Part shown: piece by piece, positions 55,963 to 64,000 of the stretch
How the letters are laid out: every line of letters begins with the position of its first letter
Numbering within the stretch: the stretch's first letter is position 1
From: a virus
DNA: 64,000 nucleotides
IMG/VR virus record: IMGVR_UViG_3300023276_001265
Reading direction: 5' to 3' (one strand)
Position numbers and translations under genes: made by a program
Notes under the pieces: generated by a model
Told to the model about the DNA's origin: nothing
What the model saw: the letters and a program-made list of their open reading frames with translations, nothing else
Databases searched by the model: none

Positions 55963-56436
55963 AACTGCTCCAGCAGGGTGGTCGTAACTTCTAGGTATTC
56001 TATCAGACTCATCACTTGGTAGGCTGAGCTATCGATGCTCGTTTTTACGACGCACTAAGTCATCTCACCGAGCTGAAAGGCGTTGCCGCTGATCTCATAA
56101 TGAACTCTTGACGCGGACCGCGAGGGGGTGATATTCCTTGAGGGCGGCAGCGGGACTAAGAGATCAAGCGTGAGTAGAGATTCAGAAAATTGTGAAAAAC
56201 ACCTCACTTCTGATATCAAAAACTTCTCGAAAATCTTTCATTTCGCTACTGCCATTCGTCGGTATAAGACCGATCTAGCGACTGGGATTTCTCCTTAGCA
56301 ACTTCACCGCGTTCGGTGTCGTCGGGGAGTATCATGTCTGAGTCGTGAGGGGCGCTGTGAAGTCTGATAGCTTAAGCATCAACTGCCTGAACCCCCTCTC
56401 TAACCAAGCATCAATAGCTACTACGGGGAGATCCTT

Positions 56437-59400
56437 ATGGATTTCGGGACCAAATCCTACTATTCAAACGCCGTTCAACGCCCCGTGCTCAACATCCGAG
56501 ACAGTGACCGCTTCAAGCTAGCCCCGGAGTTCCTGGCTAAGTTTGAGGGACAAGAGCCTGAGTGGGGTCCAGTCGGAAAGTTCACGTTCAAAAGGACTTA
56601 CGCACGTCCCCTCAGCGAGGACAACCTGGAGACGGAAGAGTTCTGGCAGTGCCTAGAGCGAATCGTCAACGGCGTTTACACGGTCCAGAAGGCGCATTGC
56701 CTCCGCCTCAACCTGCCGTGGCTCGATTCCAAGGCCCAGCGCAGCGCCCAGATAATGTTCGAGCTCATGTGGGACTTCAAGTTCCTCCCTGGCGGTCGTG
56801 GGCTGTGGATGATGGGCACCGACTACGTGGAAAAGCACGGGTCAGCTGCGCTCAACAACTGCCTCGGATACAACACGGAGATCATCACCGCTGACGGGAT
56901 CAAGAAGATCGGTGACTGTGCAGGGACAGTCCAGACGCTGCTGACGCGGGGCGGCAAGTGGGTCGACGCTCCAGTTCGGTCATTTGGACACCAGAAACTG
57001 ATGAGGGTAACGCTGAGGCGTCAAGGCGCGGAGAAGGAGATCTACGCCACTCCCGACCATCGCTGGTTTGCCAAGGATCGACGACAGGCGCACCGGGACA
57101 AGGGACACTCGGAGTTCACGACCGAGAACCTCCGGCCCGAGGTTCATCGCCTCCAGTATGTCTTTGGGCAGGGGATCAAGAACGTCAAGCCATCGGCGTT
57201 CGGCATCGCGCACGGAATCGCTTTCGGAGATGGCACCACCATTCCCGGTGAACGAAATGCTAACTGCTTGTACCTCTGCGGTGAGAAGGATGAACAGTTG
57301 GCTAAGTTCTTCTCACATTGTGCAGTTACCGACGCCCCCGAGGTGTCCGATGGCGGGGCGATCAGAGTAGCTGGGATCCCCAATAGTTTCCGGGAATTGC
57401 CATCGATTCGGGAGAACAAGGCCTTCCTCTTCGGCTGGTTGGCCGGTTATCTCGCGGCTGATGGGAATGTAAGCAAGCAGGGTCAGGTATCGCTGTCGAG
57501 CAGCATCCGCGAAAACATCCTCTTCGTGAAAGATGTGTGCGCCGTCCTCGGCGTGGGGAGCTACTCCATCTCTGAGCAGACTAGAGAGTCAAACCTGACG
57601 GGCAGAGAATCAACCATGTATCGCCTGACACTCATGCGAGATACGTTGAGCGAGAAATTCTTCCTAGTCGATGAACACCGGCGCAACTTCGCCGCCAATT
57701 CCGATGCCTCATCTAGGTATTGGACCGTGTCTGATGTGCAGAAGACCAACGCTGTCGAAGAGGTCTTCTGTGCTACCGTAGATGGTTACGGGGCCTTTGC
57801 GCTGGCGGATAACATCCTGACTGGTAACTGCGCGTTCGTCAGCACCAACGAGATCGACCTCGCCTTCGCAGAGCCCTTCTGCTACCTCATGGACTTTTCT
57901 ATGCTCGGCGTCGGCGTCGGGAGTGATTGCCGTGGCGCTGGCAAGGTTGTCATTCAGCGACCAGTCCAAGGTGATGACGTCCACGTCGTCGCGGATACCC
58001 GCGAAGGGTGGGTCGATCTACTCTTCCGCATCCTGGAGGCATACGTCGGCAACGGCTCACTTCCCAAGTCCATCGACTACAGCAAGGTCCGCCCTTACGG
58101 GGCTCTCATCAAAGGCTTCGGCGGGACAGCGTCCGGGCCGGATCCGCTGATTCGCCTCATTGAGGAGGTGCAGCGCATCTTGAATGCCCTGATTGACCAA
58201 CCGATCACTTCTGAGGCGATCGTTGATCTGTGCGACCTTGTGGGCGTCTGTGTGGTCGCTGGTAACGTCCGTCGGACCGCAATTATCATGTTCGGCGAGA
58301 AGGACGACACCGAGTTCCTCAACCTTAAGAACCCAAAGGTCAACTCAGAGGCCATGAAGAGCCACCGGTGGGCGTCCAACAACTCAATCTTCGCTGATGT
58401 CGGCATGGACTACACCGAGACGGCCGCAATCGCAGCTAAGGCCGGTGAGCCGGGCTACATGTGGATGGATAACGCCCGGAAGTATGGTCGTATGGGCGAG
58501 CTTCGCGAGGACAGCCGCGTCCTCGGGTTCAACCCATGCGCCGAGATCAGTTTGGAGAGTAACGAACTCTGCAACCTGGTTGAGACCTTCCCATCACGTC
58601 ACGCCTCCTACGAGGAATTCGAGCGAACCCTCAAGTTCGCTTACCTCTACGCGAAGACGGTGTCCCTTATCCCGACGCATAACCCCAAGACCAACATGGT
58701 CACGCTCCGCAACCGGCGGATAGGTGTGAGCCAGTCTGGGATCGTCCAGAGCTTCAAGCGCCACGGGCGCCGTCGGCACTTCGAGTGGTGCGATCGGGGC
58801 TACAACTACATCCAAAAGACGGATCGGCTCTACTCGGAATGGCTTTGCATTCGCAAATCCATCAAGACCACCACGGTCAAGCCCGCAGGGACTACATCGC
58901 TGCTACCTGGAGTCACGCCTGGTATCCATTACGAACACGCGGAATACTACTTCCGTACGGTGCGGATTGCGGCTCACAGCCCTCTAGTGGAGGAATACCG
59001 CAATGCTGGGTATCGCGTGGAGCAAGACGTCTACGACAAGTCGGGCCGCACTTCGGTCATCTACTTCCCCATCAAAGCCGAGCTCTTTGAGCGCGGCAAG
59101 TCCGATGTTTCCATCTGGGAGCAAATGGAAAACGCGGCCAAGCTACAGAAGTATTGGTCTGACAACAGTGTCTCCATCACTGTCTCGTTTAAGCCCGAAG
59201 AGGGCGACGACGTTCAGCGCTGCCTGGAGCTCTATGAGAGTCGACTCAAGACGGTGTCCTTCCTCCCATTGAACGATCATGGGTATGAGCAGGCGCCATA
59301 CATCACGATCGATGTGGACACCTACAAAGAAGCTGCGGCTAAACTCAGTTCAACCAGCTTCACTGGAATCGGACACGACATCGACGCGACACCGAAGTAC

Positions 59401-59457
59401 TGTGACGGCGATCAGTGCACCGTCTCGTTCGGATCCACGGAGCAAGCTCTCCCGTAG
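56437..59457 (+). CDS. nrdJ: Class II (B12-dependent, monomeric RTPR-type) ribonucleotide reductase with an intein
   Basis: FKRTYAR; FLPGGRGLW; ALNN|CAF; VVAGNVRRTA; NPCAEI.L...ELCNL; TTVKPAGT.S; C-terminal CDGDQC. Confidence 0.95.
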   Translation: MDFGTKSYYSNAVQRPVLNIRDSDRFKLAPEFLAKFEGQEPEWGPVGKFTFKRTYARPLSEDNLETEEFWQCLERIVNGVYTVQKAHCLRLNLPWLDSKAQRSAQIMFELMWDFKFLPGGRGLWMMGTDYVEKHGSAALNNCLGYNTEIITADGIKKIGDCAGTVQTLLTRGGKWVDAPVRSFGHQKLMRVTLRRQGAEKEIYATPDHRWFAKDRRQAHRDKGHSEFTTENLRPEVHRLQYVFGQGIKNVKPSAFGIAHGIAFGDGTTIPGERNANCLYLCGEKDEQLAKFFSHCAVTDAPEVSDGGAIRVAGIPNSFRELPSIRENKAFLFGWLAGYLAADGNVSKQGQVSLSSSIRENILFVKDVCAVLGVGSYSISEQTRESNLTGRESTMYRLTLMRDTLSEKFFLVDEHRRNFAANSDASSRYWTVSDVQKTNAVEEVFCATVDGYGAFALADNILTGNCAFVSTNEIDLAFAEPFCYLMDFSMLGVGVGSDCRGAGKVVIQRPVQGDDVHVVADTREGWVDLLFRILEAYVGNGSLPKSIDYSKVRPYGALIKGFGGTASGPDPLIRLIEEVQRILNALIDQPITSEAIVDLCDLVGVCVVAGNVRRTAIIMFGEKDDTEFLNLKNPKVNSEAMKSHRWASNNSIFADVGMDYTETAAIAAKAGEPGYMWMDNARKYGRMGELREDSRVLGFNPCAEISLESNELCNLVETFPSRHASYEEFERTLKFAYLYAKTVSLIPTHNPKTNMVTLRNRRIGVSQSGIVQSFKRHGRRRHFEWCDRGYNYIQKTDRLYSEWLCIRKSIKTTTVKPAGTTSLLPGVTPGIHYEHAEYYFRTVRIAAHSPLVEEYRNAGYRVEQDVYDKSGRTSVIYFPIKAELFERGKSDVSIWEQMENAAKLQKYWSDNSVSITVSFKPEEGDDVQRCLELYESRLKTVSFLPLNDHGYEQAPYITIDVDTYKEAAAKLSSTSFTGIGHDIDATPKYCDGDQCTVSFGSTEQALP
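56860..57828 (+). mobile_element. LAGLIDADG intein in nrdJ (323 aa)
   Basis: LNN|CLGYNT; ATPDHRW; HGIAFGDG and LAGYLAADG; VFCATV...NILTGN|C. Confidence 0.93.
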
Positions 59458-59546
59458 CTTGGTCCCAACCGGAGGTGAGCAGGGAAGGAAAGAGGGCCTA
59501 ATGGGTCCTCTTTCTTTCGTTACCGCTCATTCGGGTAGAACCTTAT

Positions 59547-60587
59547 ATGGCATTCAAGATCAAAGCTCGCGGCGAAGGTGACCTTAAGACTCGGTATAGG
59601 CCGCAGAGACTCAGTGAAATCTGCCCGACCTTCCCGGTCAAAGAGGCCAAGAACATCCTCACAGACCCAAATGCCTCACAGGTTTACCTGTTTGAGGGGT
59701 TGACGGGGTGCGGAAAAACTACGCTGGCTAGGATCATCGCCAGGGCCACGGTCTGCAGTTCGACAGAGGCCGAGAAGCCGTGCCTCCAATGCACTCCGTG
59801 CAAGGCAATGGAGTCCAGTAACGACTACATGGAGATCAACGGAGCAGACGTTCGTGGCATCGAAGCTATGCGAGCGATCACGCCTGGGTTCCGACAGTAC
59901 GGTGGACAGCTTCAGCCTGGTAAGGGCACGAAGATTTACATCTTCGATGAAGCGCAGCAGATTACGCCCGCAGCACAAGAGCTTCTCAATAAGGTTCTAG
60001 AGGAGCCGCCCGAGCACATCAAAATCTTCCTCTGCACGACTAACAAAAAAGGACTTAAACGAACCTTATTGGGCCGGTGCAACAAGATCAACTTTAGGAG
60101 AGTGACGAGGTCTCAGGCCAACTCTCTGATCGAGCAGGTGATGGCTGACGTAGGCAAGGAACTCCCCGAAGAGTCCGTGCTGGACGACCTGTTCATGCGT
60201 GCCGAGGGGTCAGTCCGCGACCTTCTGAACCTCTTGGACAAGGTAGTCCTCGGCACCTACAACGTCGGATCAGATGACTCTGGTGAGGCTCTGAGCACTG
60301 GTTCACCGGACATCCGCAAACTTGTTGCGGGATACATCAACAAAGACTGGGATGCGGTCCGCAAAATCCTGCAGACCGAGAACGTCAAAGGTGACCCGGA
60401 CGGCTACCGAGAGACGGTCTGTACTTTCCTCTCACGGGACGCCCTCAAGTTCAAAGACTTGAAGATGAAGATCGCCGCTGCCCTAGGACACCTAGGCGGT
60501 TCGATGTGGAATGAGCCCAAGCGTGAGCAGTACAACCTTCTCGTGCTACGAAGCATGCGGTGCTGCTATGAGAAGTTATCGAGGTGA
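59547..60587 (+). CDS. dnaX: Clamp loader AAA+ subunit (DnaX gamma/tau-like)
   Basis: RYRPQ; GLTGCGKTTLARI; C...PC..C..C; IFDEAQ; LNKVLEEPP; GRC; GSVRD. Confidence 0.9.
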   Translation: MAFKIKARGEGDLKTRYRPQRLSEICPTFPVKEAKNILTDPNASQVYLFEGLTGCGKTTLARIIARATVCSSTEAEKPCLQCTPCKAMESSNDYMEINGADVRGIEAMRAITPGFRQYGGQLQPGKGTKIYIFDEAQQITPAAQELLNKVLEEPPEHIKIFLCTTNKKGLKRTLLGRCNKINFRRVTRSQANSLIEQVMADVGKELPEESVLDDLFMRAEGSVRDLLNLLDKVVLGTYNVGSDDSGEALSTGSPDIRKLVAGYINKDWDAVRKILQTENVKGDPDGYRETVCTFLSRDALKFKDLKMKIAAALGHLGGSMWNEPKREQYNLLVLRSMRCCYEKLSR

Positions 60588-60896
60588 CTAGGTGCGGGAG
60601 CCCATGCTTCCGGAACTACCACCAGCGCCCCTAGAGCCGCTCACAGGCGCCACGCCGCCCACCATCTTGAAATCCATGCGGGCGAGCTTACGGAGACGCT
60701 TCAGGCGCCTCTCACGAGCCGTGGTCTCTTCGTGCGCCTTCTTGATCATGTAGACGCGGAGCTTCTCGTCCTCGGCTGGATCACCAGACGGTGGAACAGG
60801 ATTTACCCCATCACTTGTGAAGGCAGCCCCGTAGCCGAAGTCCATTTCATGGACCAGTCCGATCTTCTCTAGGCACATTAGCCTTGAGCGGCGCAC
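60588..60896 (-). CDS. Hypothetical protein
   Basis: Packed ORF in the minus-strand block. Confidence 0.5.
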   Translation of the reverse strand: MRRSRLMCLEKIGLVHEMDFGYGAAFTSDGVNPVPPSGDPAEDEKLRVYMIKKAHEETTARERRLKRLRKLARMDFKMVGGVAPVSGSRGAGGSSGSMGSRT

Positions 60897-60899
60897 GAG

Positions 60900-61271
60900 C
60901 TATCCCGTCGTCAACGTGGCGCGTACTGTTGCGCAGAGTTCGGTTAGAAATGAGTTGACCGCTTTGGAAACGGACTCATCGTTAAGTTTGAGCTGATCGA
61001 CGGCTGCTTCGACGCCGACGCCGATAGCCTCGCCGATACTGCGAGGGGTCGCCGCGCCCGGCGCCCTTGTGATGGCGTATTCAACGATCGAGCGAACCAG
61101 CTCTGGGAGCAGCTCCTCCCGCTCATCGATAGCCTTTTGCTCTGGGCTCGTAGTTGGCTCGGCTGCGAGGAAGAATGACTCATCGATCTGAGGGGCGTCG
61201 TGGGTACGCGGAGCCGCTGTCAGGAGCTTAGCAAGATCCTCAGCCATCAACTTTAGGTCGTGATTGCCCAC
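60900..61271 (-). CDS. Hypothetical protein
   Basis: AGGAG SD and GTG. Confidence 0.6.
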   Translation of the reverse strand: MGNHDLKLMAEDLAKLLTAAPRTHDAPQIDESFFLAAEPTTSPEQKAIDEREELLPELVRSIVEYAITRAPGAATPRSIGEAIGVGVEAAVDQLKLNDESVSKAVNSFLTELCATVRATLTTG

Positions 61272-61291
61272 GTCGTCTCCTCTTCTGGTGA

Positions 61292-62935
61292 TTAGCTACG
61301 CGTCCGGGCCTTGCTGCGAATGGCGGCAAGGTTACCCAAACGAGGCGTCCGACCAGAGGCGCGGACCAGAGTTAGACGGCTACGGCTCGTGGTGTTCTCG
61401 GACATGGAGGACGCGCCAGGCTTTTTGCCCAAGATGAGGCTGAACATGAACCCCTCGTTACCTTTTTTAGGCGACTTGCTCTTGCCGAACTTCTTCTTCA
61501 GCGCATCAGGAAGGTCTAGACCCTCGTGGCGGACTTCGATGTCAGGACGTGCTCCACATTCTGGGCACTTGCCGTGTTGACCGGCGTAGTCGGTATAGCT
61601 CGTACCGCTCGCGCCGCAGCCCTTACAGCCGCAGGATTTGTCCTCGTTGCGAACATCGATCTGCTCACGATCACTGAGCTGAGGATCGGTCTTGTTGCCA
61701 CCAGGCGTAGCTGAACCGCCGCCGCCTTTGCCCTCTTTGTTCATGGCGACTTGCTGGCGCAAGGTCAACTGGGGGTCAGTTGACGCTGCGAGCGAATACT
61801 GAGTGTCTGGATTGCGCTGGAAGTGTTCGGCATCACCCGCTTGACGCGCTGCCTGATTACCAGAACGACGCGCTCTCCTGGTAATACCCCTCCGCTCGGC
61901 GTTTCCGCTACGACCATCACCGGTACGGTCGTAGGCCTTCCCTTGAGGCTTGGAGTAGGGAGTCTGTCCAGTCTTCTGCCCCGTGTGACTCGTCGTTGCG
62001 CGGTTTAGGTGGTCGGCGAAATTGTAAGCTGGTGATTTGATCGGGTAGCTGTTCTGGTGAGGAGCGCCGCCAAGTCCGGACTGCTTTCCAGGGCCGGTGT
62101 CCCTGCGGACTGATTCACTGAACGCGCCAGTGTCCTTGTTCATGCGGACCAGCTGGCGCAGCTTCATCTGCGGGTCGCACTTGTTTCCACCAGAAGTAGC
62201 GCCACCGCTGCCACCGCCAGTCTCGCTGTTGACGTCGACCAGTTCGCGCTTGTCGAGCTGGGCATCTCCATCTTCGACGTGCATCATCGAGTGTCGTAGA
62301 GGGCGACGATGAACAAAGCCGTTCTCGTCTTCCATATCCCAAGACTCACTCTTGGAGCCCGCACCTTCAGGGGCCTTAGGAACGCGATCGTCCTTTTCCT
62401 TGACCTCTTCGAACTCCGTCTCGCTCTCAGGGCCTGGGCCCTTCTTGCACTCGTTCTCGGTAAAGAACTTCTCCATGTTCCGGAGACGGCTCTTGCGACG
62501 GCCCTTTGAGCTCTTGGTCAGAGTCTTCTTGATACGGTCGAGCAGCATGTCGACGTCGGTGCGCTCCATCGTCTCTCGGAGAAGAGGCTGGCGCACCTCG
62601 ATCAGGCGAGTGGTGGTGTCCCAGTCAGCGTCCTGGGTCATCTTTGTGAGCTTGTGGTAGTTGGCGTAGGTCAGGCCGGACTCGGTCATGCAGACGAATG
62701 TTTCTCTGCCATCCCAACCAGTAACGTAGTGAGGATTTGACCCATCAGCCTCAGTGAGGCGCATCACAATGCTTGCATTGTCGCGGCCCGCACTGTTCCA
62801 CTGTTCTTTGAGCGTGACGCTCGCCTCAGGGGATAGGATGGCCCGCTTTGCAGCAACGAGGTATTCCCTTCCACTGGCCCGATTACCGGTAGCCTTGAAG
62901 AGGATATCGCTGACAGTGTTTTGTTCTGCGCTCAT
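61292..62935 (-). CDS. Low-complexity protein with four DxQ-type repeats
   Basis: DAQLDKRELVDVN, DPQMKLRQLVRMNK, DPQLTLRQQVAMNK, DPQLSDREQIDVRN; CxxC pair. Confidence 0.7.
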   Translation of the reverse strand: MSAEQNTVSDILFKATGNRASGREYLVAAKRAILSPEASVTLKEQWNSAGRDNASIVMRLTEADGSNPHYVTGWDGRETFVCMTESGLTYANYHKLTKMTQDADWDTTTRLIEVRQPLLRETMERTDVDMLLDRIKKTLTKSSKGRRKSRLRNMEKFFTENECKKGPGPESETEFEEVKEKDDRVPKAPEGAGSKSESWDMEDENGFVHRRPLRHSMMHVEDGDAQLDKRELVDVNSETGGGSGGATSGGNKCDPQMKLRQLVRMNKDTGAFSESVRRDTGPGKQSGLGGAPHQNSYPIKSPAYNFADHLNRATTSHTGQKTGQTPYSKPQGKAYDRTGDGRSGNAERRGITRRARRSGNQAARQAGDAEHFQRNPDTQYSLAASTDPQLTLRQQVAMNKEGKGGGGSATPGGNKTDPQLSDREQIDVRNEDKSCGCKGCGASGTSYTDYAGQHGKCPECGARPDIEVRHEGLDLPDALKKKFGKSKSPKKGNEGFMFSLILGKKPGASSMSENTTSRSRLTLVRASGRTPRLGNLAAIRSKARTRS

Positions 62936-62975
62936 GGTCAGATTCCTTCGACGGTATTCTGCATCAATGTACAGT

Positions 62976-63872
62976 CTACTTCAACAACAGGCTCAGACGG
63001 GGCAAGTTGTTGGAAGTGAGTCTATACGACTCATGGTGAGGTTGAGATTGTTTGATCTGCCGCAGCAGTCCTTCTAGCTCGTCATTCAGGCTATCGATCT
63101 GCTTCTGCTTTTGATCAATTTGCTGATGAACCCCGATAAGCTGTGCCGACTGTGGTGGCGGCTGGGCGTGGTGGCGTCTCCCTTGATCGTGCTGGCGCTG
63201 TACCTGCAGACGCTCGCTATCGGACTTTCTAATCTGACGATAGTCTCTAGATGTCTTTTTGCGCAGTCCCAGAGGCTGTTCTCGGGGTTTCTCCAGGTTA
63301 TTAACCCAGGTCATTCCGCCCGCACTGTCAGCGGGTCCGGGAGTATGTGGGTAGTCCCCGAGCGCCTCTCCAATCCGGACCGCAGATTGAGGATCATAGG
63401 CTGGTCTTTGGGACAAGGAGTCCTTCCCGGCCTGTGTTAATTGTTGCGACTGGTGGTTCAGCTCGGCGACCTTTTTCCGAAGCTCGGCGATTTCTTTGTG
63501 GATAGCATCAACCCTATCGTGTCGATGGTCTCGGGCCCCAGGGGAGGGGTGGGCGGTCGATGAAGTGAACGATGGATGAGTAGGAGGGCTACTCTTGAAT
63601 TCGCCTTCAGCCATATGCTTGGGCTTCGGAAGATCATACTTCCAGTCTTCTCGCTCTATCGCATCCCACGCATAGGGCGGCGCCATCTCGCCCCTCTGAC
63701 GACCTGGTGGGACGATCTTTAGTCGCTTGATCGGTCGCTTACCCATCGTCTTCTTGAGAAGGCGCAATGGGACCCTATTGATGTTGTCTACGTCAATTCC
63801 AGGAGGAGGCGGGTCGCTGGAATATCCACGCCCGACCGAGTTACCTGAAGTTGGAGCGAGGAATAAGCTCAT
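62976..63872 (-). CDS. Hypothetical Pro/Gln-rich coiled-coil protein
   Basis: 298-aa ORF with two heptad segments. Confidence 0.6.
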   Translation of the reverse strand: MSLFLAPTSGNSVGRGYSSDPPPPGIDVDNINRVPLRLLKKTMGKRPIKRLKIVPPGRQRGEMAPPYAWDAIEREDWKYDLPKPKHMAEGEFKSSPPTHPSFTSSTAHPSPGARDHRHDRVDAIHKEIAELRKKVAELNHQSQQLTQAGKDSLSQRPAYDPQSAVRIGEALGDYPHTPGPADSAGGMTWVNNLEKPREQPLGLRKKTSRDYRQIRKSDSERLQVQRQHDQGRRHHAQPPPQSAQLIGVHQQIDQKQKQIDSLNDELEGLLRQIKQSQPHHESYRLTSNNLPRLSLLLK

Positions 63873-64000
63873 ACTTGATTAGTAGATCGACCCGCGACCC
63901 TGCGCCATATCGATCATGCGATTGATGGTAAACACCAATGGCTCAGGAGTAGTGGACGACGCTCTAGACGCGTTTTGCTCAGTCTCGGCCGACATCATCG

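Noticed and set aside
56366-56383. TTGATGCTTAAGCTAT (minus strand) as a TAM plus guide match, linking the dead TnpB to the TGATGC boxes
   Set aside because: The shared AAGCTAT leaves the first guide positions mismatched, and other boxes lack it.
55963-56436. tRNA, cobalamin riboswitch or NrdR box upstream of nrdJ
   Set aside because: No cloverleaf, B12-box or NrdR consensus recognisable by eye.

Overview
64-kb segment of a large, GC-rich, contractile-tailed dsDNA phage (jumbo/T4-like gene repertoire; host not determinable). Replication genes: family A DNA polymerase (5' end lies outside the window) with two inteins, HU/IHF, class II ribonucleotide reductase with an intein, and a DnaX-like clamp loader. 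The morphogenesis region is split into two convergent arms: the + strand carries the gp20-like portal with a mini-intein, the sheath, two gp19-like tube genes and fibre-like proteins; the - strand carries many Gly/Thr/Ala-rich fibre or decoration proteins and a CIS-tube-like protein. Main unusual observations: (1) three unrelated free-standing endonuclease genes (PD-(D/E)XK, GIY-YIG, HNH) sit at the very ends of essential genes and share those terminal codons in frame; the tail tube gene is affected at both ends (MARAV... and ...IVVELVVN*), and polA more weakly at its 3' end; (2) a polA intein whose Vsr/DUF559-type endonuclease is encoded in a different reading frame inside a stop-free intein frame; (3) a second polA intein followed by Asn instead of Cys/Ser/Thr; (4) a stand-alone, catalytically degenerate intein-HNH gene directly before the portal; (5) a TnpB with two RuvC aspartates replaced that keeps an omegaRNA-like 3' end, embedded among structural genes; (6) a TGATGC motif in most intergenic gaps. 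No CRISPR array, tRNA or rRNA was seen. All calls are from motifs recognised by eye; no searches were run.
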